DNA of 13,415 nt, from positions 1 to 13,415 of the forward strand of contig CBDCXH010000003.1 in the NCBI GenBank assembly GCA_965223665.1. Direction: 5' to 3'. The stretch comes from Nitrospinaceae bacterium. Lineage in GTDB: Bacteria; Nitrospinota; Nitrospinia; Nitrospinales; Nitrospinaceae. Of this stretch, positions 1-7,420 are shown one piece after another; position 1 is the stretch's first letter, and every line of letters begins with the position of its first letter. Under the pieces are notes generated by a model that worked only from the letters and a program-made list of their open reading frames with translations, was not told the origin of the DNA and ran no database searches. The translations under genes were made by a program, and so were the position numbers.

Positions 1-282
1 TTAAGAGTCGTAATCAGTTAATAATCAACAAGTTTCTACAATAAATAATAGCAATGATTTCAAGGTAATTTGGGAATCTTAGAATTGTAGTTAGTTGTGA
101 AAAACTGACTCTTTTTGTGACTAATAGGCCTATTTGTGGCCCATTCGAACCTTCTGATTTTTCCTTTGATTTGTTTAACATTTGGAATAAATTCATAGGG
201 ATCGAGTCAAGTCCATAACGGGAAAGCCCTATGCAAATAATTAGAGGGATGCATATTTTATGAAATAAAATCCGGTTTCTTT

Positions 283-945
283 TCATTTAGAGATTTTCAA
301 TTTCTTTTCAAAACTTGAAACTTTTCTCAATAATTTCTCCCATAGGTTTGGATCCACACCCAAAACTTCTGCCATAACCTCTCCGGAGAGGACAGCAAAA
401 AACATTGCATCTTCGGCAAGAAATAGTTGACTTGGAATCTTAGTTTCGTCGCGATCACAGCTCAAATATAAGCAGGCTTGCCTTATCTCCTCAATCTTTC
501 CATGTTCAGCATCTTTAATAAATTTTGCAACCCGATCAACTCCTAAAATATGATCTAACCTCGAGTTCACTAATGCTCCTTGGCATGCTGCCATTAAATG
601 TTTACTTCGGTGTTTATAAAACCAATCTCTTCTATTGACTTCACAATAATCATCTGGCGTTCCCTTAGAAAAACTTATTAGTTCAAATCTAAGCGGACAT
701 AATTTTCCGGTTTCTTCTAAAGTTAATATTGAGAAAAATATAGAAAACGAATATTTTTTCGATAAAAATAACTCTGAAGCATGGCCCCAACATTCTTCAA
801 TATATCCAATGTATTTTAGGCTTTGACTGTAGGCATCATCAAAGGTGGGCCCTTTTAAAATTCTAGGGGGTTTTCCAATTCCTATTAATTTACAGTGCTC
901 CTTGAATAACCTAAAAGCGTCTTTTTTGTTAAGACTTTCTTCCAT
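283..945 (-). CDS. AbiV-family (HEPN_AbiV) abortive infection protein
   Basis: 220-aa ORF with the AbiV-like pattern A-x-x-L-F...Y-S-F-S-I-F-F-S-I-L-T-L-E-E-T-G-K, then FYKHRSKH and RQACLY. Recognised from family motifs. Confidence 0.75.
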   Translation of the reverse strand: MEESLNKKDAFRLFKEHCKLIGIGKPPRILKGPTFDDAYSQSLKYIGYIEECWGHASELFLSKKYSFSIFFSILTLEETGKLCPLRFELISFSKGTPDDYCEVNRRDWFYKHRSKHLMAACQGALVNSRLDHILGVDRVAKFIKDAEHGKIEEIRQACLYLSCDRDETKIPSQLFLAEDAMFFAVLSGEVMAEVLGVDPNLWEKLLRKVSSFEKKLKISK

Positions 946-1264
946 AAATAATTAACCCAAAAATAATTCATTTAATTTGTTTTAACATATTGGTTAAAAA
1001 ATTTCATTTTATCCATTAGGTAGCCCATTCCTAGCAGAAGAGTTAGGCTTGCCCTACGACCATCTACGTTGCTTGTTCCTATTTATCTGGTGGATAACCA
1101 TATTTTCTTTACGATAGATTGATTATCGTTGTTTGATTGTATTAGAGACAGGAAAATTTGTTTTGGAGAAAATTTGAAAAATCCTCCTGTAGCAATAAAG
1201 AAAATGCCACAATCAACTTAATAACTTTTAACCAGAATTACTAATTCTGTTTTTAAATTTGTGT

Positions 1265-1292
1265 TTGTCATATTATGAGTATTATGTAAAAT
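1265..1292 (+). promoter_or_regulatory. Putative sigma70 promoter upstream of the 1371 gene
   Basis: TTGTCA (1265-1270), 16-nt spacer, TAAAAT (1287-1292). The region is AT-rich, so a chance match is possible. Confidence 0.4.
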
Positions 1293-1318
1293 TAAATTTT
1301 CTATCATGGTGACCTTAC

Positions 1319-1342
1319 GTCTACTCACGACCCTTAGCAGTC
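1319..1342 (+). repeat. Site S1: 9-6-9 imperfect palindrome, putative recombination site
   Basis: GTCTACTCA-CGACCC-TTAGCAGTC; intergenic, ends 28 nt before the ATG at 1371. Confidence 0.75.
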
Positions 1343-1370
1343 ATATAACCCTTTTCTACCAATACCAGAT

Positions 1371-2609
1371 ATGAACATCTTTTACTCATGGCAAGCTGAT
1401 ACACCCGAAAAGATCGGCAAGCAATTTGTGCGTCAGGCACTCGACGATGCCGTCAAAGAACTCGCAGAAATATTGGAGCTTGAGGAAGCAGAACGCCCAG
1501 TCGTTGATCAGGATACACTGGGTGTCATGGGATCTCCGGTGATCGTCGAAACAATTTTCGAAAAGATCCGAAATGCGCAGGTTGTTGTCGCCGATTTAAC
1601 TCTCACTTGTGCGACAAAGGAAGGTAAGAAACTAGTCAACAGTAATGTTGCTTACGAACTCGGTTATGCTCATGGTCATCACGGTGATGAAGTTATACTA
1701 ACAATAATGAATACTCACTATGGCCAGGCTGATGATCTCCCATTTGATTTAAAACATCGGAGGTGGCCCGTAAGGTTTGATTTATCACCAGAAACATCAA
1801 AAACAGAGCGACGCAAAGCAAGAGAATCGCTCGCAAAAGAACTCGCCGATATATTACGGCGTTATCTGCAGGGGGTCACTCCCGAAAAAAAGTTTGAACC
1901 TAAACCTTCAACCGTAAATGCAGCCTCCTATTGGAATGAAGGAGAGTTATTGGTCAAATATGGAGGTTCAAATTTTCAAGATGAGCTTCTAGAACTTGGC
2001 TATAACAAAGATCAGCCGCTTATCTATCTGCGAGTGTGGCCCGAAAAACCGCTTGAAGAGCTCTCAGGTAGCCAGCTGGGAGACAATAATTTATCGGGAA
2101 TTGATCCTCTCATGGGACGATATGGGGACTATTACTATCTCCGCAACCAATACGGAGCTATTACATGCTCAAAGGAAAGTACGGGAAAATTAATTGCGAC
2201 AACACAGCTTTTTAAGAGTGGCGAAATTTGGGGCATTGATTCTTCCCTACTAAGACATCGCAACGATTTTGCCACCTACTTCGTCCCAACTACTGTTTTT
2301 GAAAACGGCATAATTCGTTCATTGAATATTTACCTAAAGATAGCTTTTGGGCGTTTGGGATACTCCGATCTTGTTCATTTTGAAGCAGGATTGGTAAATG
2401 TTGAAGGTTTTAAATTGGCCATGCCACAAAATTACATTGACAATTTTTGGGGACCAATCTTTGAAGATATTTCTATTGAAGCAACTATCGATAGGAATAC
2501 ACCAGAAACCACCAATAATGCTTTAATGAAACTATTTGAGAAAGTCTTTGACTCTGCTGGTATGAAACGACCTGATAAATATAATAATTTTCCTCCTTCG
2601 ACTGTCTGA
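1371..2609 (+). CDS. TIR-like/nucleoside 2-deoxyribosyltransferase-like N-terminal domain fused to a ~230-aa C-terminal domain; candidate defence protein
   Basis: 412 aa. N-terminal motifs IFYSWQAD, GSPVIVETIFEKIRNAQVVVADLT, NSNVAYELGYA (putative catalytic Glu) and LPFDLKHRRWP are typical of TIR/NDT-like Rossmannoid effectors. Confidence 0.7.
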   Translation: MNIFYSWQADTPEKIGKQFVRQALDDAVKELAEILELEEAERPVVDQDTLGVMGSPVIVETIFEKIRNAQVVVADLTLTCATKEGKKLVNSNVAYELGYAHGHHGDEVILTIMNTHYGQADDLPFDLKHRRWPVRFDLSPETSKTERRKARESLAKELADILRRYLQGVTPEKKFEPKPSTVNAASYWNEGELLVKYGGSNFQDELLELGYNKDQPLIYLRVWPEKPLEELSGSQLGDNNLSGIDPLMGRYGDYYYLRNQYGAITCSKESTGKLIATTQLFKSGEIWGIDSSLLRHRNDFATYFVPTTVFENGIIRSLNIYLKIAFGRLGYSDLVHFEAGLVNVEGFKLAMPQNYIDNFWGPIFEDISIEATIDRNTPETTNNALMKLFEKVFDSAGMKRPDKYNNFPPSTV

Positions 2610-2671
2610 GAGTTCTCTAGCAACTATTCTGAAATTGATACTATTGATGCAGATATTCTCTTGCCGTGAAG

Positions 2672-2695
2672 AACAGCTTTTGGCCGAAAACGGTC
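2672..2695 (+). repeat. Site S2: 9-6-9 imperfect palindrome, putative recombination site
   Basis: AACAGCTTT-TGGCCG-AAAACGGTC; 62 nt after the stop of the 1371-2609 gene. Confidence 0.7.
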
Positions 2696-2797
2696 TATCT
2701 AGAGGTATATTATCTTTTTTTGAATATCCGGATTAGAGTATTTGCAGAATTAGCAAGTTTAGCAGCTCGACGCTTTAAAGTTACTAATTTTGACTCG

Positions 2798-3022
2798 TTA
2801 CGCAGGAAAGAATCGAATTCCAACGGCACGGTGAATTGGAATTCCACTAAACAATACTAACTCGGGGACGATCACAACCCCACCGCCAAAACCGAACATG
2901 CCCAACAGGAAACCAGTTCCCATTCCTACAAGTATGAGCAGAATGGCACATCGAGTCGTAAATTTAAGTTTCCCACCTCCCTCACGCTGGCATGCTGATG
3001 TCTCTAGCTTAGATTTATTCTT
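2798..3022 (-). pseudogene. Internal fragment of a TauE/SafE (TSUP family) sulfite exporter gene
   Basis: Not in the ORF track. Manual translation of the stop-bounded frame gives ...SACQREGGGKLKFTTRCAILLILVGMGTGFLLGMFGFGGGVVIVPELVLFSGIPIHRAVGIRFFPA*, matching the TSUP motif G-x-x-x-G-x-F-G-x-G-G-G-x-x-I-V-P...H-x-A-V-G. No start codon upstream of the homologous part; it stops right after the motif. Confidence 0.8.
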
Positions 3023-3127
3023 TTACTGATAAATAGCATTAAAATTATATTAAAAGCTAAGATGAATATAGCTTTTTGCCTAGCTATCTCCTGGTTACAA
3101 GGAATTTGAGAGCAACATACCAAATTA

Positions 3128-3156
3128 TTGACATTAACGGCAAGTTGAAATAGAGT
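3128..3156 (+). promoter_or_regulatory. Putative sigma70 promoter for the 3188/3854 gene pair
   Basis: TTGACA (3128-3133), 17-nt spacer, TAGAGT (3151-3156); 31 nt before the ATG at 3188. Confidence 0.65.
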
Positions 3157-3187
3157 GCCGCAACTCAATTTAAATTAAAAAAAGCCT

Positions 3188-3814
3188 ATGCCAAATAATA
3201 TATATTTCCATGTAAACAAAAGGCCAAACATTTTGCCGCCAGAATCACCTGATTTTGAGTTGATGAAACAAGGACAGCAGATAAAGGTTGGAGATGAAGT
3301 GAATCCGTTTTTTCGACGCTGGAAAAATGAAATCCCATTTAAGGTTTATGGTAGCGAGACTTTTCCAAATACTCTGCCCTTTAATGAATTTTTGGAAAAT
3401 CTTGTAAAAGGAGAATACAACGAACATGCGGAGTTTCCGGGCTTTCTATGGAACCCATTAATGGTCTATTTGGGGTGCCTCAGCGAATTGGTTTTGGAAT
3501 CAATAAGAATTAAAGAGTTTAAGGCCTTACCTTCAAGACAGAGATGTTTATGGCTTATTAAGACCCTAGATGAAGCTGTAGAATGGGCCTCAGATACTTC
3601 TTCTGGTAACAAACATCAGATAGTGAGGGTTCGTGTTGAAGGGAAAATATTTGAATGCGATGCATCTTTGTTAAATTATGAAAACCAATCTTTGTCAGAT
3701 ATGGAGGAAACGGCGCGATTGTATTGGTTGGGGAAACAACCCTTTGAACGAGAGGAAATTCTTTTTGAAGGAAATGCCGAAGTAATTGAAGTTCTATCGA
3801 ACGAACAGCCTTAA
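3188..3814 (+). CDS. DUF2441-like protein (possible ADP-ribosyltransferase-like fold)
   Basis: 208 aa with ELVLESIRIKEFKALPSRQRCLW, GKIFECDA, ARLYWLG and EILFEG, matching my recollection of DUF2441 proteins; N-terminal YFHV strand. Confidence 0.65.
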   Translation: MPNNIYFHVNKRPNILPPESPDFELMKQGQQIKVGDEVNPFFRRWKNEIPFKVYGSETFPNTLPFNEFLENLVKGEYNEHAEFPGFLWNPLMVYLGCLSELVLESIRIKEFKALPSRQRCLWLIKTLDEAVEWASDTSSGNKHQIVRVRVEGKIFECDASLLNYENQSLSDMEETARLYWLGKQPFEREEILFEGNAEVIEVLSNEQP

Positions 3815-3853
3815 CCCATTGTTTGATGGAAAAAGCTCAGGGGATTTTAAAAA

Positions 3854-4288
3854 ATGAAATTCTGGGAAAAATGGATACAAAGTAGAAAGCTAAGGAAACA
3901 ACTAAAGAAGAAAGATAATAAATGTAAAATTTGCGGTTTACGGGCCGAAATCTTAGAAGATGACGATAAATTTGTCTTGTGTCATAAACTTTTTGAAGCT
4001 GGAATTGTCAATCAAAGGTTTCCAAGAAATATCTTCATGGGAACAGAAAACTCAAAAGGAAACAGTTGTCCAGATGAATATTGCGTAATTGGCTCTAATA
4101 AGTGGAATAGGTTCGATGAGAATTGTCCTTGGTGGCAGTTTAAAAATGAAGAATTAGGGTTAGAAGGTCATGTCTCAATTTATCATGCCAATAGGAATGC
4201 TGAGTCAGCTCGATTCCTAGCTATTGTTGCAATAATAATTTCGATTTCTATCTTATCGGTGATAATTTATATCAATTTTATTAGATAA
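3854..4288 (+). CDS. Hypothetical protein, Cys-containing, with C-terminal transmembrane helix
   Basis: 144 aa with CKIC and four further Cys, and a hydrophobic tail FLAIVAIIISISILSVIIYINFI. Starts 39 nt after the 3188-3814 gene on the same strand. Confidence 0.65.
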   Translation: MKFWEKWIQSRKLRKQLKKKDNKCKICGLRAEILEDDDKFVLCHKLFEAGIVNQRFPRNIFMGTENSKGNSCPDEYCVIGSNKWNRFDENCPWWQFKNEELGLEGHVSIYHANRNAESARFLAIVAIIISISILSVIIYINFIR

Positions 4289-4400
4289 GAAATGGCCCTC
4301 TACATTCCCTACAAATACCCGAATTGCTTCGAAAGCGCGACACTGATACAACCATAGCATAAAAATGGTATGAGATCAAAACTGTCAATCAAGCTCTAAA

Positions 4401-4424
4401 GACAGCTTTCGACCCAAAGCGGTC
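4401..4424 (+). repeat. Site S3: 9-6-9 imperfect palindrome, putative recombination site
   Basis: GACAGCTTT-CGACCC-AAAGCGGTC; arms are complementary at 8 of 9 positions; intergenic between 4288 and 4625. Confidence 0.8.
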
Positions 4425-4624
4425 ATTCTCGGTAACTGAATATACAAACCGATCGCAAGTCTTTTAGAGACACCTTCCTTATAATATAGCTGTACCACCA
4501 TAACGCTTTCAAAAGATATCGGGCATCCGGAAGGGATGTGACGTGAAAGCATACAAGTACAACCTGCCGCTATCAATCTGCTGACTTTCTCTCTCCGGCA
4601 AATTGGGGTACACTCTCCCACATT

Positions 4625-5239
4625 ATGATTCGATTCCTTTTATTCATTGTCGTTGTTCTGGTCTTAGGGTTCCCGACCTCATCCATCGCTGCCGCTCCAA
4701 ATAGTATTCATATTGAAGAAAATGAAAAGGGCATCACGGTTTGGGTGAATGAAGCGTCCTTGGATGATGTGTTGGAGTCCATCACAGAAAAAGCCGGGAT
4801 TCAGTTCCGCTCGTCCCCTTGGATAATGAATGACCCGATCACGGTCAACCTGAATGCTCCAAACTGGCCAACCGCAGTGAGACAGCTTCTCGAATCCTAT
4901 AGCCGAGTGGAACTGTTAAATTCCCAGCAGGAATTGACCCAAGTTCATATCCTGTCAAAGTCAGATGATACTGCAAGTCTCAAACCTGAGAACCCGAGAA
5001 CAGCCTCGGTATCCACAACAGCATCCTCCCCTCAGTTGAACCGAAGGCAATTACGCAAAATAGGTAAACGACCCTTTAGGGCGCCGCTCCCCCCAAACCT
5101 GTTCGACGATCCAGAGATACGAAACTTTTTAAACCAGTACAATATTCATACACTGGAAGATATGAAGGATGTCAAAAAAACCCGAAGAGTTCGAGTTCGC
5201 GCCCGTGATTTATTGCTAAAAATGACCCGGGCTAAATAA
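4625..5239 (+). CDS. Secreted/periplasmic protein with a secretin-N/STN-like domain
   Basis: 204 aa. Signal peptide MIRFLLFIVVVLVLGFPTSSIAA; segment ITVWVNEASLDDVLESITEKAGIQF...ITVNLNAPNWPTAVRQLL resembles secretin/TonB N-terminal domains; basic C-terminus; no beta-barrel. Confidence 0.6.
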   Translation: MIRFLLFIVVVLVLGFPTSSIAAAPNSIHIEENEKGITVWVNEASLDDVLESITEKAGIQFRSSPWIMNDPITVNLNAPNWPTAVRQLLESYSRVELLNSQQELTQVHILSKSDDTASLKPENPRTASVSTTASSPQLNRRQLRKIGKRPFRAPLPPNLFDDPEIRNFLNQYNIHTLEDMKDVKKTRRVRVRARDLLLKMTRAK

Positions 5240-5255
5240 AGAAACCCGAGTCATT
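5221..5255 (+). repeat. Inverted repeat/hairpin overlapping the stop of the 4625 gene
   Basis: AATGACCCGGG (5221-5231) and CCCGAGTCATT (5245-5255) are complementary at 10 of 11 positions. No U-tract follows. Confidence 0.5.
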
Positions 5256-5370
5256 GTAAACCATACCCATTGCCAGTTTGGGAGAGCAAAGTCACGACAA
5301 CACCTCTCCCGCTAAAGATTCCGACATTAAGACCGGCACATCAACCTTTAGGAATATCGGATGACCGCCA

Positions 5371-5399
5371 TTGACAAATCAATTGTGGTGACCTACTAT
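5371..5399 (+). promoter_or_regulatory. Putative sigma70 promoter for the 5489 gene
   Basis: TTGACA (5371-5376), 17-nt spacer, TACTAT (5394-5399). An AGAGGAG ribosome-binding site precedes the ATG at 5489. Confidence 0.75.
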
Positions 5400-5488
5400 C
5401 CTCCCAAATATATTAAAGAAGCAGTCATTACAGGAAACCCCCATCAACGTTTTGAATGGGAAAGTTATCGATATAGAGGAGAATACCT

Positions 5489-6043
5489 ATGTTTAAACGA
5501 ATATACCTGATTGTATCTATTGTAGCGCTCAGTTTCATGATTGCCCCTACACTAGTGTTGGCGAACACAGCAGACGGCAATACCCCTGCTGAGGAAACCG
5601 TATGCGACGGACAAAGCGGAGCGGCCTATGGTCTGTGTAACGCTTACTGTGAGGCCATGGACTGTGACAGCGATAGTCCCAACGCAAACCAATCAGCCTG
5701 CGACAAGGTTGGAACCAAGTTCGAAAACATTACGGGAGAGATTCCACCTTGTGAAGTAACTTGTCCCTGCGCGGGTGTTGTACTTGATACGGGTTATAGT
5801 TGGGAGGATACAAGCGGGTTCGATTCTTGTCAAAACTCATCAACTTTCACGGTTCTCAATGATACTATTAATGGTGACAAAGTGCTCAAGAGAGCCAATC
5901 AAAATGGCTGCGATTTTTGGGACGATTTCAGATCCCCAGGTAACTTTTTTTCTACGCAAACGACACCAGACGAACACAGAGCTTGTGTGAGAGACCTATT
6001 GGCTCAAGCGAAGGCTGCAGATGTCACCTGCCCAACTCCTTAA
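5489..6043 (+). CDS. Secreted cysteine-rich protein of unknown function
   Basis: 184 aa. Signal peptide ending ...TLVLA; 12 Cys including VCDGQSGAAYGLCNAYCEAMDCD and PPCEVTCPC; strong RBS. Confidence 0.8.
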   Translation: MFKRIYLIVSIVALSFMIAPTLVLANTADGNTPAEETVCDGQSGAAYGLCNAYCEAMDCDSDSPNANQSACDKVGTKFENITGEIPPCEVTCPCAGVVLDTGYSWEDTSGFDSCQNSSTFTVLNDTINGDKVLKRANQNGCDFWDDFRSPGNFFSTQTTPDEHRACVRDLLAQAKAADVTCPTP

Positions 6044-6190
6044 AGGGAGCAAGCAATAAAAACCCGCAAACGTTTCCACAATTGGGTAAGCGGGGAGGTT
6101 GCCCATCCTTGAAACAGGCGAATGGTCTGCCCGATGTGCTGTTCATCGGCACAAGGCTCTAAGCCGGGAGATGGGTTCTAAATAAAATTA

Positions 6191-6227
6191 AAAAGATGGC
6201 GGTCCTTCGGGGCCGCTATTTTTGTTT
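6191..6227 (+). terminator. Intrinsic terminator, possibly bidirectional
   Basis: Stem ATGGCGGTCC (6196-6205), TTCG loop, GGGCCGCTAT (6210-6219), then TTTTGTTT; an A-tract precedes the stem. Confidence 0.85.
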
Positions 6228-6238
6228 GTGTGTTTAAC

Positions 6239-6262
6239 GTCTACTTTTGGCCGATTGCGGAC
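6239..6262 (+). repeat. Site S4: 9-6-9 imperfect palindrome, putative recombination site
   Basis: GTCTACTTT-TGGCCG-ATTGCGGAC; directly after the terminator, between convergent genes. Confidence 0.75.
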
Positions 6263-6427
6263 AATCGAAGTTGCTAGGGAACGTCTGCCTGGGCGAGTGC
6301 GAAAAACTGCCGTTTGTAATTGAGAAGTGGTCCTATAGTGTTCACAGTTCCCGTGGGCTATAAGCTAGTTACGTTTACAACCTTAACGATTCCTTACCAC
6401 AGGGCTAGTCGGTGGCACCAAGGGGAG

Positions 6428-7420
6428 TTAGTGGAGCAAATCCTGGGTTTCTGTCCAGATATATAAATCCTCCAAAAAATCACCCTGAATTCTCCACAGA
6501 AATCCATGATCCTTCGCTTTACCATCTTTCAGTGACAGCGTGAAATCGAGATATACCTTGCCTTCGCCAATTAAACGCAAGAATTTAATGATTGAAGGTG
6601 ATTTACAATAATTAACGCTCTCTATGCAGCAAACTTCTTTTTCCTTTTCTACCCGGGTAGATAGCGTTATATACGCTGTTTGACTATGCTTGGAAAGCAA
6701 TGCTTCCTCAATGCTTTCTGCATCGTATTCCAGTACTTCGTTACCGCCATTCATTACAACTACTCGATCCTGCTTGGGTACTAAGTAAAATCCAAATGAA
6801 TCAGGTGTATTGCAAAATGACGTGTATAGGGCCTTACGATTTCGCTTGGCATCCTCATAACCATATCTATCCAGTAAATCCATCTTGTCAGAACATCCTG
6901 TATATTTGGATGGCACCCTTGAAAATAACGTCTGTAGCGTTTTATCGCTCTTTGTCTTTAATTCGATGCCCATGAAATCGGGATACTTGCTGCTATTTTG
7001 TGGGATACCAAGTGCATTCTCTATAGATAGACCAAATCGGCCAGTGCCTTTACCAATGACTGGGATTGGTCCTTTACGTTGCAACCCTCGTAGTTTATGA
7101 AACAAGATTTCATGTGGTTCACGCTCTTGAACCCGGCCTTTTCTGACGCGATCAAGGACAACTAGTTTTAGGAGATTCTGATACTGAAACTTGGGTTTCA
7201 ATCCATCGCAATATGGGAGATTCTCCTCATATAAAACAGCACTGATATTCTGGAACTTGTATTCAAAGGCCTTGGCACTGCGATTAGGAAATTTTTCTGC
7301 CAAACCCTGGTATATGGCTGATTTAACTGGCTCCTTCCGCTTGTTCTGGTCATCAAGTAGCTTGAAATACGCATCTACTGCGCCTTTCACTTCTGCTTCT
7401 GTCCATGATTTATTCTTCAA
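6428..7420 (-). CDS. MvaI/BcnI-family PD-(D/E)xK endonuclease with an extra N-terminal domain
   Basis: 330 aa, TTG start with AGGTGA RBS (7425-7430). Motif GTGRFGLSIENALGIPQNSSKYPDFMGIELKTK...TLFSRVP...KDHGFLWRI. The N-terminal ~90 aa carry WTEAEV...YFKLL...RSAKAFEYKFQNISAVL...GLKP. Confidence 0.8.
   Translation of the reverse strand: MKNKSWTEAEVKGAVDAYFKLLDDQNKRKEPVKSAIYQGLAEKFPNRSAKAFEYKFQNISAVLYEENLPYCDGLKPKFQYQNLLKLVVLDRVRKGRVQEREPHEILFHKLRGLQRKGPIPVIGKGTGRFGLSIENALGIPQNSSKYPDFMGIELKTKSDKTLQTLFSRVPSKYTGCSDKMDLLDRYGYEDAKRNRKALYTSFCNTPDSFGFYLVPKQDRVVVMNGGNEVLEYDAESIEEALLSKHSQTAYITLSTRVEKEKEVCCIESVNYCKSPSIIKFLRLIGEGKVYLDFTLSLKDGKAKDHGFLWRIQGDFLEDLYIWTETQDLLH

Noticed and set aside
14-286. 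90-aa minus-strand ORF overlapping the AbiV stop (ATGA)
   Set aside because: No recognisable motif, AT-rich, and it spans the degenerate site at 128-151. The ATGA overlap keeps it possible but does not support a call.
2666-2860. 64-aa plus-strand ORF
   Set aside because: Starts across site S2 and runs antisense into the TSUP fragment; probably spurious.
4322-4347. AATTGCTTC-GAAAGCGC-GACACTGAT, and similar weak arm-like matches near 1011-1035, 5272-5295 and 7452-7473
   Set aside because: Wrong spacer length or too degenerate to tell from chance without a PWM.
4385-4621. 78-aa minus-strand ORF ending MTALGRKLSLELD
   Set aside because: Its C-terminus is the translation of site S3; no family features; probably spurious.
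6404-6427. GCTAGTCGG-TGGCAC-CAAGGGGAG as another site abutting the nuclease stop
   Set aside because: Spacer and right arm are loosely similar, but the left arm does not match and there is no palindromy.
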